Source: Epiperipatus broadwayi
Taxonomy: Eukaryota; Animalia; Onychophora
Reading direction: 5' to 3'
Assembly: GCA_028023455.1 (NCBI GenBank)
Contig: JAQFVV010000001.1
Coordinates: 13,826,001-13,890,000 of the forward strand
DNA: 64,000 bases
Below the pieces are notes generated by a model. It worked only from the letters and a program-made list of their open reading frames with translations. It searched no databases and was not told where the DNA came from. Position 1 is the stretch's first letter. Each line of letters opens with the position of its first letter. Position numbers and translations under genes: made by a program. Below, one piece after another: positions 40,761 to 54,101 of this stretch.

Positions 40761-43051
40761 CATCTAGATGAAAAAGTATTCCATAAAGCTGATATACCTG
40801 ATTTAAACATTAAGACAGTTAACAATAGCTATAGATCATACTAAACTGATAGATAAATAATTCATAATATCAAAAAATTTTTGAAGTCATGCAGGATCAA
40901 TGAGCAATAAACAATAGAATGACCAGTAGATATGACAATTTAACTAAAAAAAGAGAAAGAGAAAATGCTCCATTGGATAATTGATCATTAAGGTGTATTG
41001 CAGATTTAATATACCATATTTGATTATTAATTGCAAACTTGTATTTTTTCTTAATAAATGAATTCAAATACATTTGTTAATATGAATATTTAAATATATA
41101 TCTTAGCAGTCTGGTGACATTAATTTCCACTTTAAATATTTAAAATTTTAACATTATTAAGCAATGGTCATTATATTACATTCACCAAAGTATTAACAAG
41201 TAAAATTATATAAATGATGATGATGTGTTACACTTGATCAGTATGCAATATTAGATGATGTCATGAATGAGATCCAATTTAATGACGTAAAATTAAATTG
41301 TTTGGATTGTGAAAGTTTAGAAAGCACTTTTATAACACAGCCACATATAAAAACGAGAAACCATTTGAAAGGCAGATTCTTTTTATTAGATAACTCATTC
41401 AAATGTTTAAGAAAAATAAAAATAAAATAGAAGTGACAAAAATAATTCCATAATTGCAATTTCTATAAATAAAATCACATAACATTATTTAACATTAAAT
41501 AATAACAGTAATGCCAATAATAATAATAATCGGTAGAAATTACTTCCTTTCTTTTATGTATAAATAAGTTAAATAACAAGCAATTTATTGATTGCTGTGC
41601 ATAACCAATTTAGTTAATATTAAAATCTCATATATATACTTTTTAATGTTTAATTCATGCAAACAATTTTTTATTAAAAAAATTGCCCCTGTGCATTATA
41701 TTATTATTTTTAGAATAATGCAAACATGAACACATTTATGCTTTAAATTATAGCAAAAATACACAAAAATAATAAATTTTACTTTTTATTAAAAATAATA
41801 CTATAGCTTTTGAAATATTGGTTAATATCTTCTTTAAAAATGTCCAATGAATCAAAAGATTTTCATGTGGACAGCTACCATTGAAATATATATACTTAAG
41901 CAAGATTACTTTAATTCCTTTATTTCTGGGATTTTAAGCTGAAGTATTTATTTAAAATTTTCATTGGGAACTCCTATATATTTTTATTATTGTTTTTAAT
42001 ACTTTTTATTCGTAGTGCATTTTAATGCAAGACTTTTTGATTTAGATTACTTTCATTTCAATGAAGACTGATATGCAGCTATTTTAAACATTTTATTACA
42101 AGCACGAGCAACTGACAAGTTTTCCTTTTAAATAAAAACAAGCATTAAGTAAAATAAATATTATTGATATTCCTCCTTTCTTTAAAAAAAATCATAATAG
42201 AGTTCATTATCCGATTGCACATTTATATGCTGGATGTATAACTTTCATTCTGCTAAGTGTGCTTTTAAAAAATTACTTGTTTTATATAAATGGTAATTCC
42301 TATATATATTTTTTCTAGAATAAGAAATAAATTCATTTCTTCATGGAAAGTAAAAATTTCCTTTTTGTATTTTTGTTTTAATTAGTACTGCATTCAAAAA
42401 TAATATAATTTAGCAGGTGTCCAAAAAAGAACTTAAAAAAAAGATTTTTTTTTTTTTTCAAATAAGGTGTCTTTGTGGTATTAAAACAAAAAGAAATCTC
42501 TAATAGACCTTCTCTATTACTCCCCTGAATTACATTTTGAAATCAATGCCAAGCTTCAATTAGTTCCATTCACTAATCACTTGGCACTGCTTATATCAAT
42601 ACAGATAGATCCGTCCAACATAGTTCATACTGAACACACATGTACCATCAGATTACTTAACAAAATGGCGACTCCAGAGCTCATTTTCTCAAAGGCCTAC
42701 ATTCTGTTTCATAAAATTAACATACTATCATAGCCTTCACTACAAGCATGGTCTGCCTTCATTGGAATATTGAGCACACTCATAGATTCATACACAAAAA
42801 AGACCAAAGGTCCAAATCATTTGTTAAAAGAATTGGACCCTTTAAATGACAAATTAGCTTCTCTTCATCAACCTAACACCCATATACAAGGCATTATGGA
42901 ACTAAAAGCACAGTACCATGATAAAAAAAAATTTCTAGCATAGTACATCGCCACCAAAAGATCCAAAGTCTTTCTAGCTAACAAACACAACTAGACCCGC
43001 AGTTATATTTGCTGAGCACTTGGTTCCACAGGTCAGCCCACACCCACCTCA

Positions 43052-44110
43052 GTGACTGTCAATCAGTGTTGCCTCAGTGGTCCAGCCATGCTTGCCAAAA
43101 TTCATGATTACTTTCTAAATAAATTGCAATATGCCAAATTCGAAATTGGTAACGTCTGGAATCAGACTGGAGATAATATAAATCACAACATAACAGATAG
43201 TGAAATAATTCAAAAACTCACAGCCTATCCTGAAAGTGTACACCCAGGATTACATGGAATTCCCAGATTTGTCCTGATCCATCTGGGTTATTTTACGACT
43301 CCCACTGTACGCAAAATGATTGATGTTTTGGCAGGAGAGTTCCAAAATATTCCAGACCTTTATCCAATTTCACTTGTGCCTTTCTTAAAGAAGCAAATTA
43401 ATCCCTCATCTCTGACCAACATAAGGCCGATATCCAGGATTCCCCTCCTCATAAAAACCATTGAGGCCATAGTCAAAGATAAAATCCAAGATCAATTATA
43501 CACTCACATCACCCCATATCAATTTGTGCGAAAAGGCTCTTCCACCTCAAATGCCGCACAGCGTTTCCTGCTTCTCACAGAACACATGAGACTTCACAGA
43601 AAGTCTAAGCCTGTTGAAATACAACTTGACATTGTCTCGGCTTTTGACTCTGTTATTCCAGCCATCTTACTACAAACCCTCCATAAATATCAAGTCCCCA
43701 GCACTTATGTTAGGATAATTGGTAATCTCCTGCTAAACAGGTCAATCTTTACATCACTTGATGGCAGACTTGCTAATGGTTTCAGACCTCATCAATCAAT
43801 ACCACAGGGATCTCCACTTGCCACACTTTGCTTCATTGCTTACATAAATCCCACGCTGAAAGAGATTGAGAGTAAAATTTCCGGAGTCTTCGTGCCAGTG
43901 CTTAGACAACATGTGCAACAAATATCTTATGTGGATGACGTCACTGTCTTTCTCCTGGACAAAACATATCTTCCAACCTTCATGCAGATTATAGACAAGC
44001 ACTCACAGACACATAATCTCCTTATCAATTATCTCAAATCTTCCATGTGGCAAATCAGCACAGGCTTATTGATTCTGTCTGTCTTCACATCAGCACCCAG
44101 CTCTTCCTAG
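43052..44110 (+). pseudogene. Reverse transcriptase domain of the L1/Tx1-like element (frameshifted after YVDD)
   Basis: The 352-aa ORF carries RT motifs from domain 0 through YVDD. The reading frame is lost between ~44017 and 44100, and motif 7 (FLGFP) lies in the -1 frame. Confidence 0.85.
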
Positions 44111-44147
44111 GCTTTCCCATGGCCAAAAGCAAATACAAAACTCCATT

Positions 44148-45152
44148 TTGGAAAATACTGGCAGGATTGTGGGCTCACTGTCAAAAATCACACTCTCATT
44201 ACCCTGTAAAGTGACACTACTCAACATGTTGGTAATGCCTAGACTGAATTATTATCTGCCTATAATCAAACCCACCAAGGTTTTCCAAGCTGCAATGAAC
44301 TCACTGTGCTCCAAGCCTCTGTGGAAAGGCAATGTTGTAGCCATCAGTATATTTAAGATGCAGTTGCCCAAAGCTCTAAATGGTCTGGGACTACATTTGG
44401 TCTCAACCATATATCTGCAAAAGGCAATTGCAGTTCTATGCTCCATCCACTTAAAACAATCAGATTTAAATCTATTGACAACAGTGGAGCCCACAGACAC
44501 TCCTCTGCCACTAGGAAGTAAATGGATTACAGACATCTGGTCATATGTTAATAAATTAATAATTATAAATGACATGTTTGAAATTAAAACATCATATTGG
44601 CAAGCTTATAAATACAGATTCCCAAACCAAAACACTCTTCAAACTACATTAGGCCTAAATTTCAAATTGCTAATAAAAAAACTGAAGCACTGGTATATAG
44701 AACCAAGCCACATCGATTTAATCGTAAAGCTAAACATCAATTCTCTACCTACAAGTCACTTTCTGGTGTACAAAAGAGGTTTTTCCAAAATCAGTCCACA
44801 GTGTCAACTTTGCAACAGAGATGAAGGAATAATACAGCACATACTCTATAGTTGTTCATTCCTCAGTCAGATCAGAGACTTTATTGCAGAAAAAGTGATA
44901 TTGAACACAAGAGATGTATTAATTATTTATAAGGCCATTACCACAGGTATTTTTTCAACTATCAGGTTTTCCATTTTCCTCACCTTTGCAGTCTGGCTGA
45001 CAAGATGCAAATTTAATTTTGATAACATACTCTCTTCAGTCAGAGAAATCCTGATACAAATACTTAAAACCATTTGTGCTAGAGACCAAATTCTAGCACC
45101 AGACTGGCTACACAAAGAGACCTGGTGCAAAATCAGTTTTACAAACAAATAG
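44148..45152 (+). pseudogene. C-terminal region (RT thumb/linker and zf-RVT-like CCHC finger) of the L1/Tx1-like element
   Basis: 334-aa open frame with an L1-type LS..xKxxLxxxLxxPxxxY segment and a CCHC finger. It joins the RT through a second -1 frameshift near 44125-44135. Confidence 0.8.
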
Positions 45153-47053
45153 TGTCTTACTTCCTCAACTAATTATTCTAGCCTACATGGTGAAAACCTA
45201 CTCAAGCTTCAAGTACAAGACAATACCACTCATGTAATTTAATTAAGGTAATAAATAAATTTAAGAAAAAAACAAAACAATATAAGAATGAAATGACTTT
45301 TTTTCTTTCCAGAACATTCCTAATATAATAATTATTACAACTCTTGATTCTTCAGATAACAAAATATACAGAGAAACTGTGAATTATGCTGTATCAAAAC
45401 ACGTCTTGAATTATATGCTATCTACAATATATATATAAACAAATAAATAATAAAAACATTAACATTTACAACTTTATTAAATCTTACAAATCTCAGCATG
45501 ATGGCAGCCATTTTTTTCTCACTAAACACCAAGTTCTCAAATGTCAAACATTATTTTATCACATTTTATCTTGGAATTGAAACAGACTTTTTTTTTTATA
45601 GTAAATATAACATTCTCAAGTCTCAAATATGAATTTCTTTAATCAATTTTCTTTATGATTTAAATACATTTCAGTATTGTAGCTGTATGCGAATGCATAG
45701 AATTTTTTTCCAAAACATATATTGTACCGTGTCATATGTATCACATTTTTAGTTAATATTGTGCAAAACAATGAGTGGTTTAAAAAATCGTAAAGTACTT
45801 TCATTAAATGAGAAAATGAAAATCACTGATTTAATAAGAAAAGATAAGTGTTGGGATGCATATTTCAAAAGAATGAATATTTAAATCAGTGAAATTATAG
45901 ACATAAAAAAGCGTATGTTATATATATACACTGAAAGCTACTATATGCTCCACTTGCAATAATTGTATTATAATCAAAGCTTGTTAACAAAATGTTAGCT
46001 ACTACACAAAATATATGATGTACATGAAGAGGGGGGGGGCAAAGAACAAAAGAAGACATAGTTCATGGTTTCACAGTACAACAATTTTAGCTTAATTTTG
46101 TACAACTAATTTTTACTGTGATATTTAAAGAGGAGGAGAGGATTATTTATTTTAAAAAAATATAAATATTGAAATAAGAAAAAATAATGAAATTAATATT
46201 ATTTTATTTTACAAGATTATAAAATAATTAGAGAATTATATAAATAATTAACTCAAAGTTATATGTTCATGCACACATAACTCTCCTTCTTTCCCTAGAG
46301 AACATTTATATAATTAGATAGCTAAAGTTTTGAAAACATGAGATATAGGTTAGGAAAGGAAAGAAAATAATTATTAGTTTTTGGTTATTTGTTATTATTT
46401 TCTTTCTGTAAAGTATATTAATTTGCCTTAATCTTAATTCATTCAGTTTCATCTAAATGATCTCAATAAGATAGTTTACAGTTTTTTAACTAATACAATT
46501 TAATCAGTAATTTTATAAACTAATTAATTACATTTTTGAAAGTTTTACAAACATTTTATTTTTACAGATTAATTTTTAGTCTGATTTCACATTTATTTTA
46601 TACTTTATAAAAGTTTTAAATCTATTTTCTAATTCTATTTTAGATCCCCCCCCTAAAAAGTTTTATTCTAAAAGAAAAATATGATGCAGTACTTTTAATT
46701 TTGCAAAATTTTGTTTTAAAATTCTAAAAAGTAATCGTAATTTTTTTTAAAAAAAATTATGAATCATATAAGCTATTCACTAGTGGTACAATATCTATAT
46801 GTGTGTATATGGGTGATATGATTCAGCTAAAATGAAAAATGCTCTAAGATAAGAATAAAATTTCAAAATATATATAGTAGTGCTGATATAATAATAAAGT
46901 ATTAATCGTAGTGAGTGTTTTTTCAAGACATGAATGTATTTAAGAAGTTGTCAAAGTTTATGATACTTTTAGTGAAATTTTATTTGAAAATGATAAAAAT
47001 AAATATATAATTATTAAATGTGATACTTTATCTACCTGGTTAGCTACTTACCC

Positions 47054-47307
<254 letters not shown>

Positions 47308-47598
47308 TGAAAACCATAAGTGCACATACTTAATTGTTTTATCATCAAGTCAATGCTTAAAGTAAATTAATAGAATATCATCTTTCTGTTGTCAAGACAA
47401 CAATCATTTCCATTTATTATAGGAGTGTTGCCTTGACATTGTTGATATCCTAGTGGAATATTTTAAACATTGGCTCTGGTGATGTGATATATATATAAAT
47501 AACAAAACACAGGAATCAACTCTACAATTTTCAAAATACTAATATATATATAAGTACATAATCCATTCAATGTATAATCTCTTTTCTTTGCAATTGCA

Positions 47599-47961
47599 AT
47601 CTTAGACATGTAAATGTTCAGACATTTATAAAGAAAAAGTAAATGTATGTTGTTTTAAAAATTGGCTTTATTCATGCTGAGCACGTTTTCAATATATCAT
47701 ATATCATAATCATATCATAATCGAAAGCATGCTCATAAAGCCAATTTTTAAAACAACATACATCTACCTTTTCTTTATAAATGTGTGAACATTTATATGT
47801 CTAAGATATATATAAGTACAAAAAAAAAAAATCAAATCAGATGTCATGAATAAAGCCAATTTTTAAAACAACATACATCTACCTTTTCTTTATAAATATC
47901 TGAACATTTATATGTCTAAGATATATATAATTACAAAAAAGAAAAATCAAATCAGATGTCA
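47599..47961. repeat. Inverted repeat with one arm tandemly duplicated
   Basis: 47599-47676 is the inverse of 47735-47807, and 47735-47846 is repeated directly at 47849-47961. Confidence 0.85.
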
Positions 47962-49379
47962 AACTCTATATATAATACAAGATATATATCAATAAAAAAT
48001 AAAACGACAGCCATTTTATAGCATGATTGCCAGCCTGAATATTATTTTACAATTAGAACTTTTGATATCAAAAAAATTAATAAATTGGTTTTGGATGAAG
48101 AAGTGAGATTATTTATCCTCAATGTTACAGAAATGTAAGGGTCTACAAAAAGAAAAGTCTATTCAAGTGATTTATTTGTTAAGGATCTATTAACATTTAC
48201 TAACCATAATTTGATAACTTTTTAAAATGCAACTATGTAAAATAGAAGGCTAGCCCATAGGGTTGCCAGTTTCACCTGATTTATACAGTCAAATGTTGGC
48301 GTGTTATGGCAAAATATTTTGAAAATTTCTTTAGTTAAATATTAAAGATTATTTTAGGTAGGTGGTTAATTTATTTATTGTTGGGTTAACTATAATTAAG
48401 CATCTTATAACTATATTAAATGAAATTGATGACTTGAAATGGACATCTATTTCTGAGAACAATTTATATATCTTGATTTTAATCTATGTAGAGAAAATAG
48501 TATGATCATTTATAAAATGTTTATAAAACCTTTATTAATTAGAGAATTTGTATATTCCAGATCAAAGGTTAATATAATGCACAAATTGGGTGAATTTAGA
48601 ACATTTTTATTTAGAAATAAAATATTGTGTAAATTTCTAAGTGATTGATTATCCATTGTTGAAATATATGTTAATGATTTACTGAATGTAGGATATTATA
48701 GGAAATATAGTTTGAATATGTTTGTTATGCAAGTTTATGCATAGATAGAAAATGAAAAACATTGTTGAGATAAGGGGATTTCATTACCACATATAAAAAG
48801 TAAAGTGTATAGTGTGATTACATCACTGGTTTCTTGTAATTTTAATGTTCCATTAAATGTAGGACCAAATAATGGTAGGTTAATTATTAATGGAAAGAAT
48901 GCTGATGATAAAATTTAACAAATATGATGTTATATATAAAGTGGTTGCTAATTGGTGAGACAAAGTGTGCATTAAAAAAGAAAATGCATTTATGTAAGAA
49001 ATTATGCTCTTTTGTGGTTAGATTTAAATGTTTTGTAAAACATTCAGTTATTTGCAATGAAAAATTTCATTTTGACAATAGTTTTATTTTGCAGATGAAA
49101 AATGATTTGAGTAAAACAAACATCAATGAGATATATTTTATGAATATGATGGATAAAATTGTGTCATATACACAAATTATGGAGGTTGGTCATTTGCATG
49201 AGAATATTTATGTTATGTGACTCTAATGTGAAATTTTATTTTTTAAATTTCTAATTGTAAAATGCTACTCAGAATAGCAGTTATGCTGTAAGGTGGCCAT
49301 GGCTATAGTTTTATTTATTTATTTACAGTGTATTTATATAATATTCAAATAAATGTATATAGTCTATACTAAACTTAAT

Positions 49380-49545
49380 GTGGGACTTTAATTCAGACTT
49401 TCAAATTCTCCACAGTCATTCACTTCACCTAATACAACTGACCATTTACGTTGAAGATCATTTATCTTTTTCATGTATATGTAGTCATGTGCATCAATTG
49501 TAAGGATGATGGATGTGGAGAATTTGAAAGTCTGAGTTTAAGTTT
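49380..49545. mobile_element. Internally deleted family A derivative (~165-bp MITE)
   Basis: GGGACTTTAATTCAGACTTTCAAATTCTCCACA ... TGTGGAGAATTTGAAAGTCTGAGTTTAAG form inverted ends similar to family A termini. Confidence 0.55.
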
Positions 49546-49674
49546 CTTTCTAATATATATATATAATCATTAAAATCAGTCAACCCTTAGACAATCCCAA
49601 TATCAATAACAACCAACAATCTCAACCTGTTGTCAAGGTAACTTAAATTTAACAATATATATATATATATTATA

Positions 49675-52380
49675 TGCAGGATTCAAACTCAGACTTTCAC
49701 TTGACCCACCACTCTCAGTGCCACCTCATATTGCTGACCCACCTGATCACACATATGGTGAAAAGATAAATAATCACCAATATATGTATTTCATGCTAAA
49801 TCAGCAATCATCAGTTGGTCTAGATTAATATCCTCCCACATATATACAATCAGTGCTCAGCTTTATATTAAGATAGCCAATCTTCCTACTTTAATGGACA
49901 GGCCTCAAACTACTCCACCTCACAACTCTTCAGCTTTCCATTTCATTGAAAATCTGATGATGGAACGTTCAAAGCCCATCCCTCGCACATGTATGTATAA
50001 ATGGATTATTCTCCTGTACATGAGGTATCAGAATGGCTAATACATCAACATGGGTAGGATGATAACCTTGGCATTAACATGGGCTTTGAACATTCCATCA
50101 TCAGATTTTCAATGAAATGGAAAGCTGAAGAGTTGTGAATTGGAGTAGTTTGAAGCCTGTCCATTAAAGTATGAAGATTGGCTATCTTAATATAAAACTG
50201 AGCACTGATTGTATATATGTGGGAGGATATTAATATAGACCAGTGGTCTTCAACCACCGGGCCACAGAAGTTTTCTGCCAGGTCGCGCTAGACTGGCAAG
50301 AAAGTTAGTAATAACAAAATAATAAGATTTTAAACTTTTAATTAATATAAACAGTTTATATTTATTTTTTCATCGCATTTTTACCCTGTTAAAAAATAAG
50401 AAACAGAACAAAAATGAAATCTAATCAATCATACATAAATTAATTTGTTTTTCTATTTATCACAGATGTTTATGGAGAGATAGAATTAAATTTATTATTT
50501 TTCTAAAAAAATTCAAAATTAAAAAAAAAGGTTTTTTTATTAAACAAACTCCAGTTGTCTTTTGATAGCCAATCACGGTCGCTTGTCGGCATTGTTTATG
50601 TGTTAAAACAAGATCAAAACTTTTGACTTTTTCAAGTTTCGTTTTCTTTTTTTTTTTTTGTTTAAAAATACGCCCACTTTTTTTTTGGCCTATAAGGCGA
50701 TATTTTTTGGTATTATTTGTATAATGCTAATATACTAAAACTTTTATTTTTAAAACCAATTTCTGTTAACTTTTTTTTAAAAATAAAAACAAACAAAAAA
50801 TAACTTAGCGATTTTTTTTTTTTGGCTTTATTTCTATTACGCGATATCTATTTTACCATTTTTAAAAAAAAACTTTTCCTATTAATTACATTTTTTGATC
50901 CTTTCAACACACCAGCACAAAAAAAAAATTACAATAACATCAAAACTTCAGACTTTCACACGTTTTGTTTTATTTTTTCAGATTTAACCCTTTTCCCGCG
51001 CTCGACGAGACTCCTCGTCGACATCTAAAATCACTCTAACTTAGTTCGTTTTTATACGATAAAATTCGTTAAATATGTATTGAATTCGTTTTTAAAAGTT
51101 CTGTACGATGGTGACATCTTCCGATTTATTTTAGAAGTAAAAAATAGAAAAAAAACGCATTTAAACCTAAACAAAGAAGGAACATTATTTGTGATTGGTT
51201 CTTAGCATGCTCTCAGCCGAAAAAGACATTCTGATTGGCTGGAAAGAACAAAGAAACTGCCTGATCAAAGAAAATAAAGAAAAACGCTGAGATTTTCATT
51301 TCGAATACGATTTAAATTATTATTAAATAATATTTATGGAAATTAAACATAATTTTCAGAGAGAATAATAAAAAAACAAAATTATTTTCGAAAAATATTG
51401 AAGATTTAAGTAAATATATTGAAGATGTAGTAAAAAGAAATATTTACTTTTCTATAACGTAAAAGTCGATCTTTTTGTTTACATTATAACTTTTATGTTG
51501 CCGATATAGAATATCTTAGAATAAATAAATAGCAATTTATTTTTGAAAGAACTTTCATTTTCTTCATGACCTGAAAAATTAATTATATACTTTTTATAAA
51601 CGTATCTGAGTTGAATTTAATATTATAGGCGAATATGTTTTAACAATAGGCTTTGTCTTCAGTTTGTGAGTTGGCCAATTAAAAGATTTGATTTTTATCT
51701 GATACAACCAATGATAAAATTAGCGGTTTAAGGGCTAAAATACGGCAATTTTTTTTTTGACTGTACAGTGATTAATTACGCAATTTTTATTTTGTCCTTA
51801 TTACTATCAAAAGACAATCTCCATATATATAAAACCATCTTGTATATTTAACATTAAATACAGATATTATATTTATCATAATCAGTGCCGTGTAATTACA
51901 CTAGCTATGATATTTCCCAACATTCAGGTGAATAACATTTTATTCTTGAATGTTTTAGCAATGAAATAATAAACATAGAAATGCAAGCACATTAATGAGA
52001 ATGATTGGTATTGTACTGTTTTCTGTGTTCAGCATGTGAAGGTAAGCAACACCATTACAATACACAATAACTAGTGTGCTGTTTTGGTCAGTTATAACAA
52101 TTATGCTTATCTAAGGCTAAGCAGGTTACATCTTTACGAAAATTTATCTGTAAACTTCTTTCTGCTGGTCCGCGAAATCTTATCCTTATTTTTGCCGGGC
52201 CGCAGGTGTGAAAAAGTTGAAGACCACTGATCTAGACCAACTGATGATTGCTGGTTTAGCATGAAATATGCAAATTGGTGATTATTTATCTTTTCACCAT
52301 ATGTATAATCAGGTGGGTCAGAAATATGAGGTGGCACTCAGAGTGGTGGGTCGTATGAACGTCTGAGTTCGAATTCCGCA
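49675..52380. mobile_element. Fold-back (long-TIR) element family A, copy 1, with right arm interrupted by the hAT element
   Basis: The left arm 49675-49979 (TGCAGGATTCAAACTCAGAC...GTTCAAAGCCCAT) is the inverse of 50079-50240 plus 52238-52380. There is a ~100-bp spacer, and (TA)n runs flank both sides. Confidence 0.8.
50241..52229. mobile_element. Non-autonomous hAT transposon (Charlie/Buster type)
   Basis: TIRs CAGTGGTCTTCAAC at 50241-50254 and GTTGAAGACCACTG ending 52229. The 8-bp TSD is ATATAGAC (50233-50240) / ATCTAGAC (52230-52237), matching the NTCTAGAN target preference of Charlie/Buster hATs. CpG-rich subterminal motifs (CCGGGCC, CCGCG); no transposase ORF. Confidence 0.85.
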
Positions 52381-52885
52381 TATATTACATATATATATAT
52401 ATATATATGCAGGTTTAAGCCTGTACAATATATTAATTTATATTAGTATTTTGAAAATTAAGAGTTAATTCCAATGTTTTATTATATTATTGATTATTTG
52501 GTCTGATTATATATATAAAAGTAATATTTTATAAAATGACAGATGAAATTCACACTCATTAATGTATAAGCACGTTTACAAATATATTCTTGTCACATAC
52601 GAACTTAATAAATTCTATTTTTAATAAACCTCACCTATTGAATTAAATATGCACACAACACATTCATTTATATAATTTACAATAAAAAGTTAAACTAATA
52701 TAAATCAGATCATTGATGCATCTTATACTGACAGTTATTCTGAGATAAATTATAATTTTTTTCTATCTATGTGTGAGTATATATATAATATAATAACCAA
52801 CTTCTGAATTTTAAAGTATAGCAATACAATAGTTACTGCTCTTGTTTCAATGAAATTTCCTTTACCTGCTATTTCAAGAACTTAA

Positions 52886-53476
52886 ATAGTAAAACTCTCT
52901 ATATAGTAATGCCACTCAGTGCAAGCCAGAGTAATAAATGGATGCAAGGTTTGTGCATAAAATCCCTATCTAGTGCTTACTAATCCTATATCTCCAGACT
53001 AGTTTCTAGCTTATGGTTTTCATCAGTGAGGAGCCTTAGATCTGAGAGCACTGCACCTAGATCTTAGGATCTAATGCAACCCTCCAGAATCCACCTTTTT
53101 TCTCTACTTAACTACAAAACTACTAGTTTGAAATTGAAAACACAATAATATTTTCAATCTGAGCTCACTAGTTTATCTAGTCATATAGGTCTGAACTCAA
53201 TTCAGTACCCATATATTTTGATGCCTTTGGTTCTTTAATAACCTGGTGCAGTGCTCTCAGATCCAAGGCTCCTTACTGATAAAAGCCACAAATTAGAAAC
53301 TAGTCTATGGATATTGGATAAGTAGACACTAGATAGGGATATTATGCACAAACCTTCTTGCATCCATTGATTACTCTGGCTTGCAGTGAATGGCACTACT
53401 GTATAAAGAGTTTTGCCTATTTTAACAGCTTGAGCAAGCATAAAAAATGGTGATCATGTGATGTTTAGTGGTTTAA
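52886..53476. repeat. Modular fold-back family B, locus 3 (forward module, then an inverted module reaching the module start)
   Basis: 52886-53060 is the inverse of 53243-53420. The right end ...ATGGTGATCATGTGATGTTTAGTGGTTTAA is the inverse of the module start seen at 28655 and 39489. Confidence 0.75.
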
Positions 53477-54101
53477 CTTGAATAGTCATAATAGGAAAAA
53501 TATCATGTTGCAAAAAGCAAATTTTAACTACTTTATTTAAAATTTTGAAAAATTAAAGACACAGTTATTAAATGTGTTGTTATATATATATACGAAATTT
53601 ATATCAAAGTAAAAACTCCCTCATAAGCTGTGGATAAATAACACACATATATTAGTAAATTGTAAAAAATAAAGTGGATAATCTATTGTTTAAGCTTTTG
53701 ATGATTACAAGCTCTTGTTTACTGATATTGCTGTGAATAAAAAATGAAAATTAAATATTAATCTGATTTAATTAATGGCATAAATCATTCTCAAATTATA
53801 AGTGAACATATAGAAGATAAAGATGGTTGTTTTCAACAAGTTCATAACATTAATGAAATATATTTGTAAATGTAAATATCAAATACATATAGTTTTAATG
53901 TATATAAAATTTAAACAGATGTAACAAGTCTCTATAAACTATAATACATAACACACATATATCAGTAAATTATAAAGAATAGAATGAATTACCCATTCTT
54001 TAAATTTTTGATGGTTATCATTTACTAACATAGGAGTGTTATTTAGTCATAGTTTACTAAAGAATACTTTTGATTAAATTTCATATTATGTATATTTGAT
54101 A

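Larger units (their letters stand above)
42461..45280 (+). mobile_element. 5'-truncated non-LTR retrotransposon, L1/Tx1-like ORF2 (end of APE endonuclease, RT, C-terminal CCHC zinc finger, A-rich tail)
   Basis: One frame from 42461 carries the APE C-terminal motif SLIDLLYYS...PFTNH (cf. SRIDY...FSDH), then RT motifs PGLHGIP, NIRPIS, QLDIVSAFDSV, IPQGSPLA and YVDD. FLGFP lies in a shifted frame at 44104-44118. LSLPCKVTLLNMLVMPRLNY and C-x2-C-x8-H-x4-C (CQLCNRDEGIIQHILYSC) follow. Stop at 45150-45152, AATAAA at 45250 and an A-rich end to ~45280. No TSD identified. Confidence 0.9.

Noticed and set aside
42461-43015. Alternative genetic code (TAA/TAG = Gln) explaining the LINE stops
   Set aside because: No in-frame TAA/TAG occurs in the following ~700 codons, one of the stops is TGA, and the host gene ends with a standard TAG.
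43796-45148. Antisense ORFs within the LINE
   Set aside because: Shadow frames of ORF2.
51818-51906. Mini-Helitron (TC...ATATATAAAA start, GTGTAATTACAC palindrome, CTAG end) inside the hAT element; also the hairpin TCGACGAG/CTCGTCGA at 51002-51021
   Set aside because: It is very short, has no A|T insertion context at the 3' end, and there is no second copy to support it.
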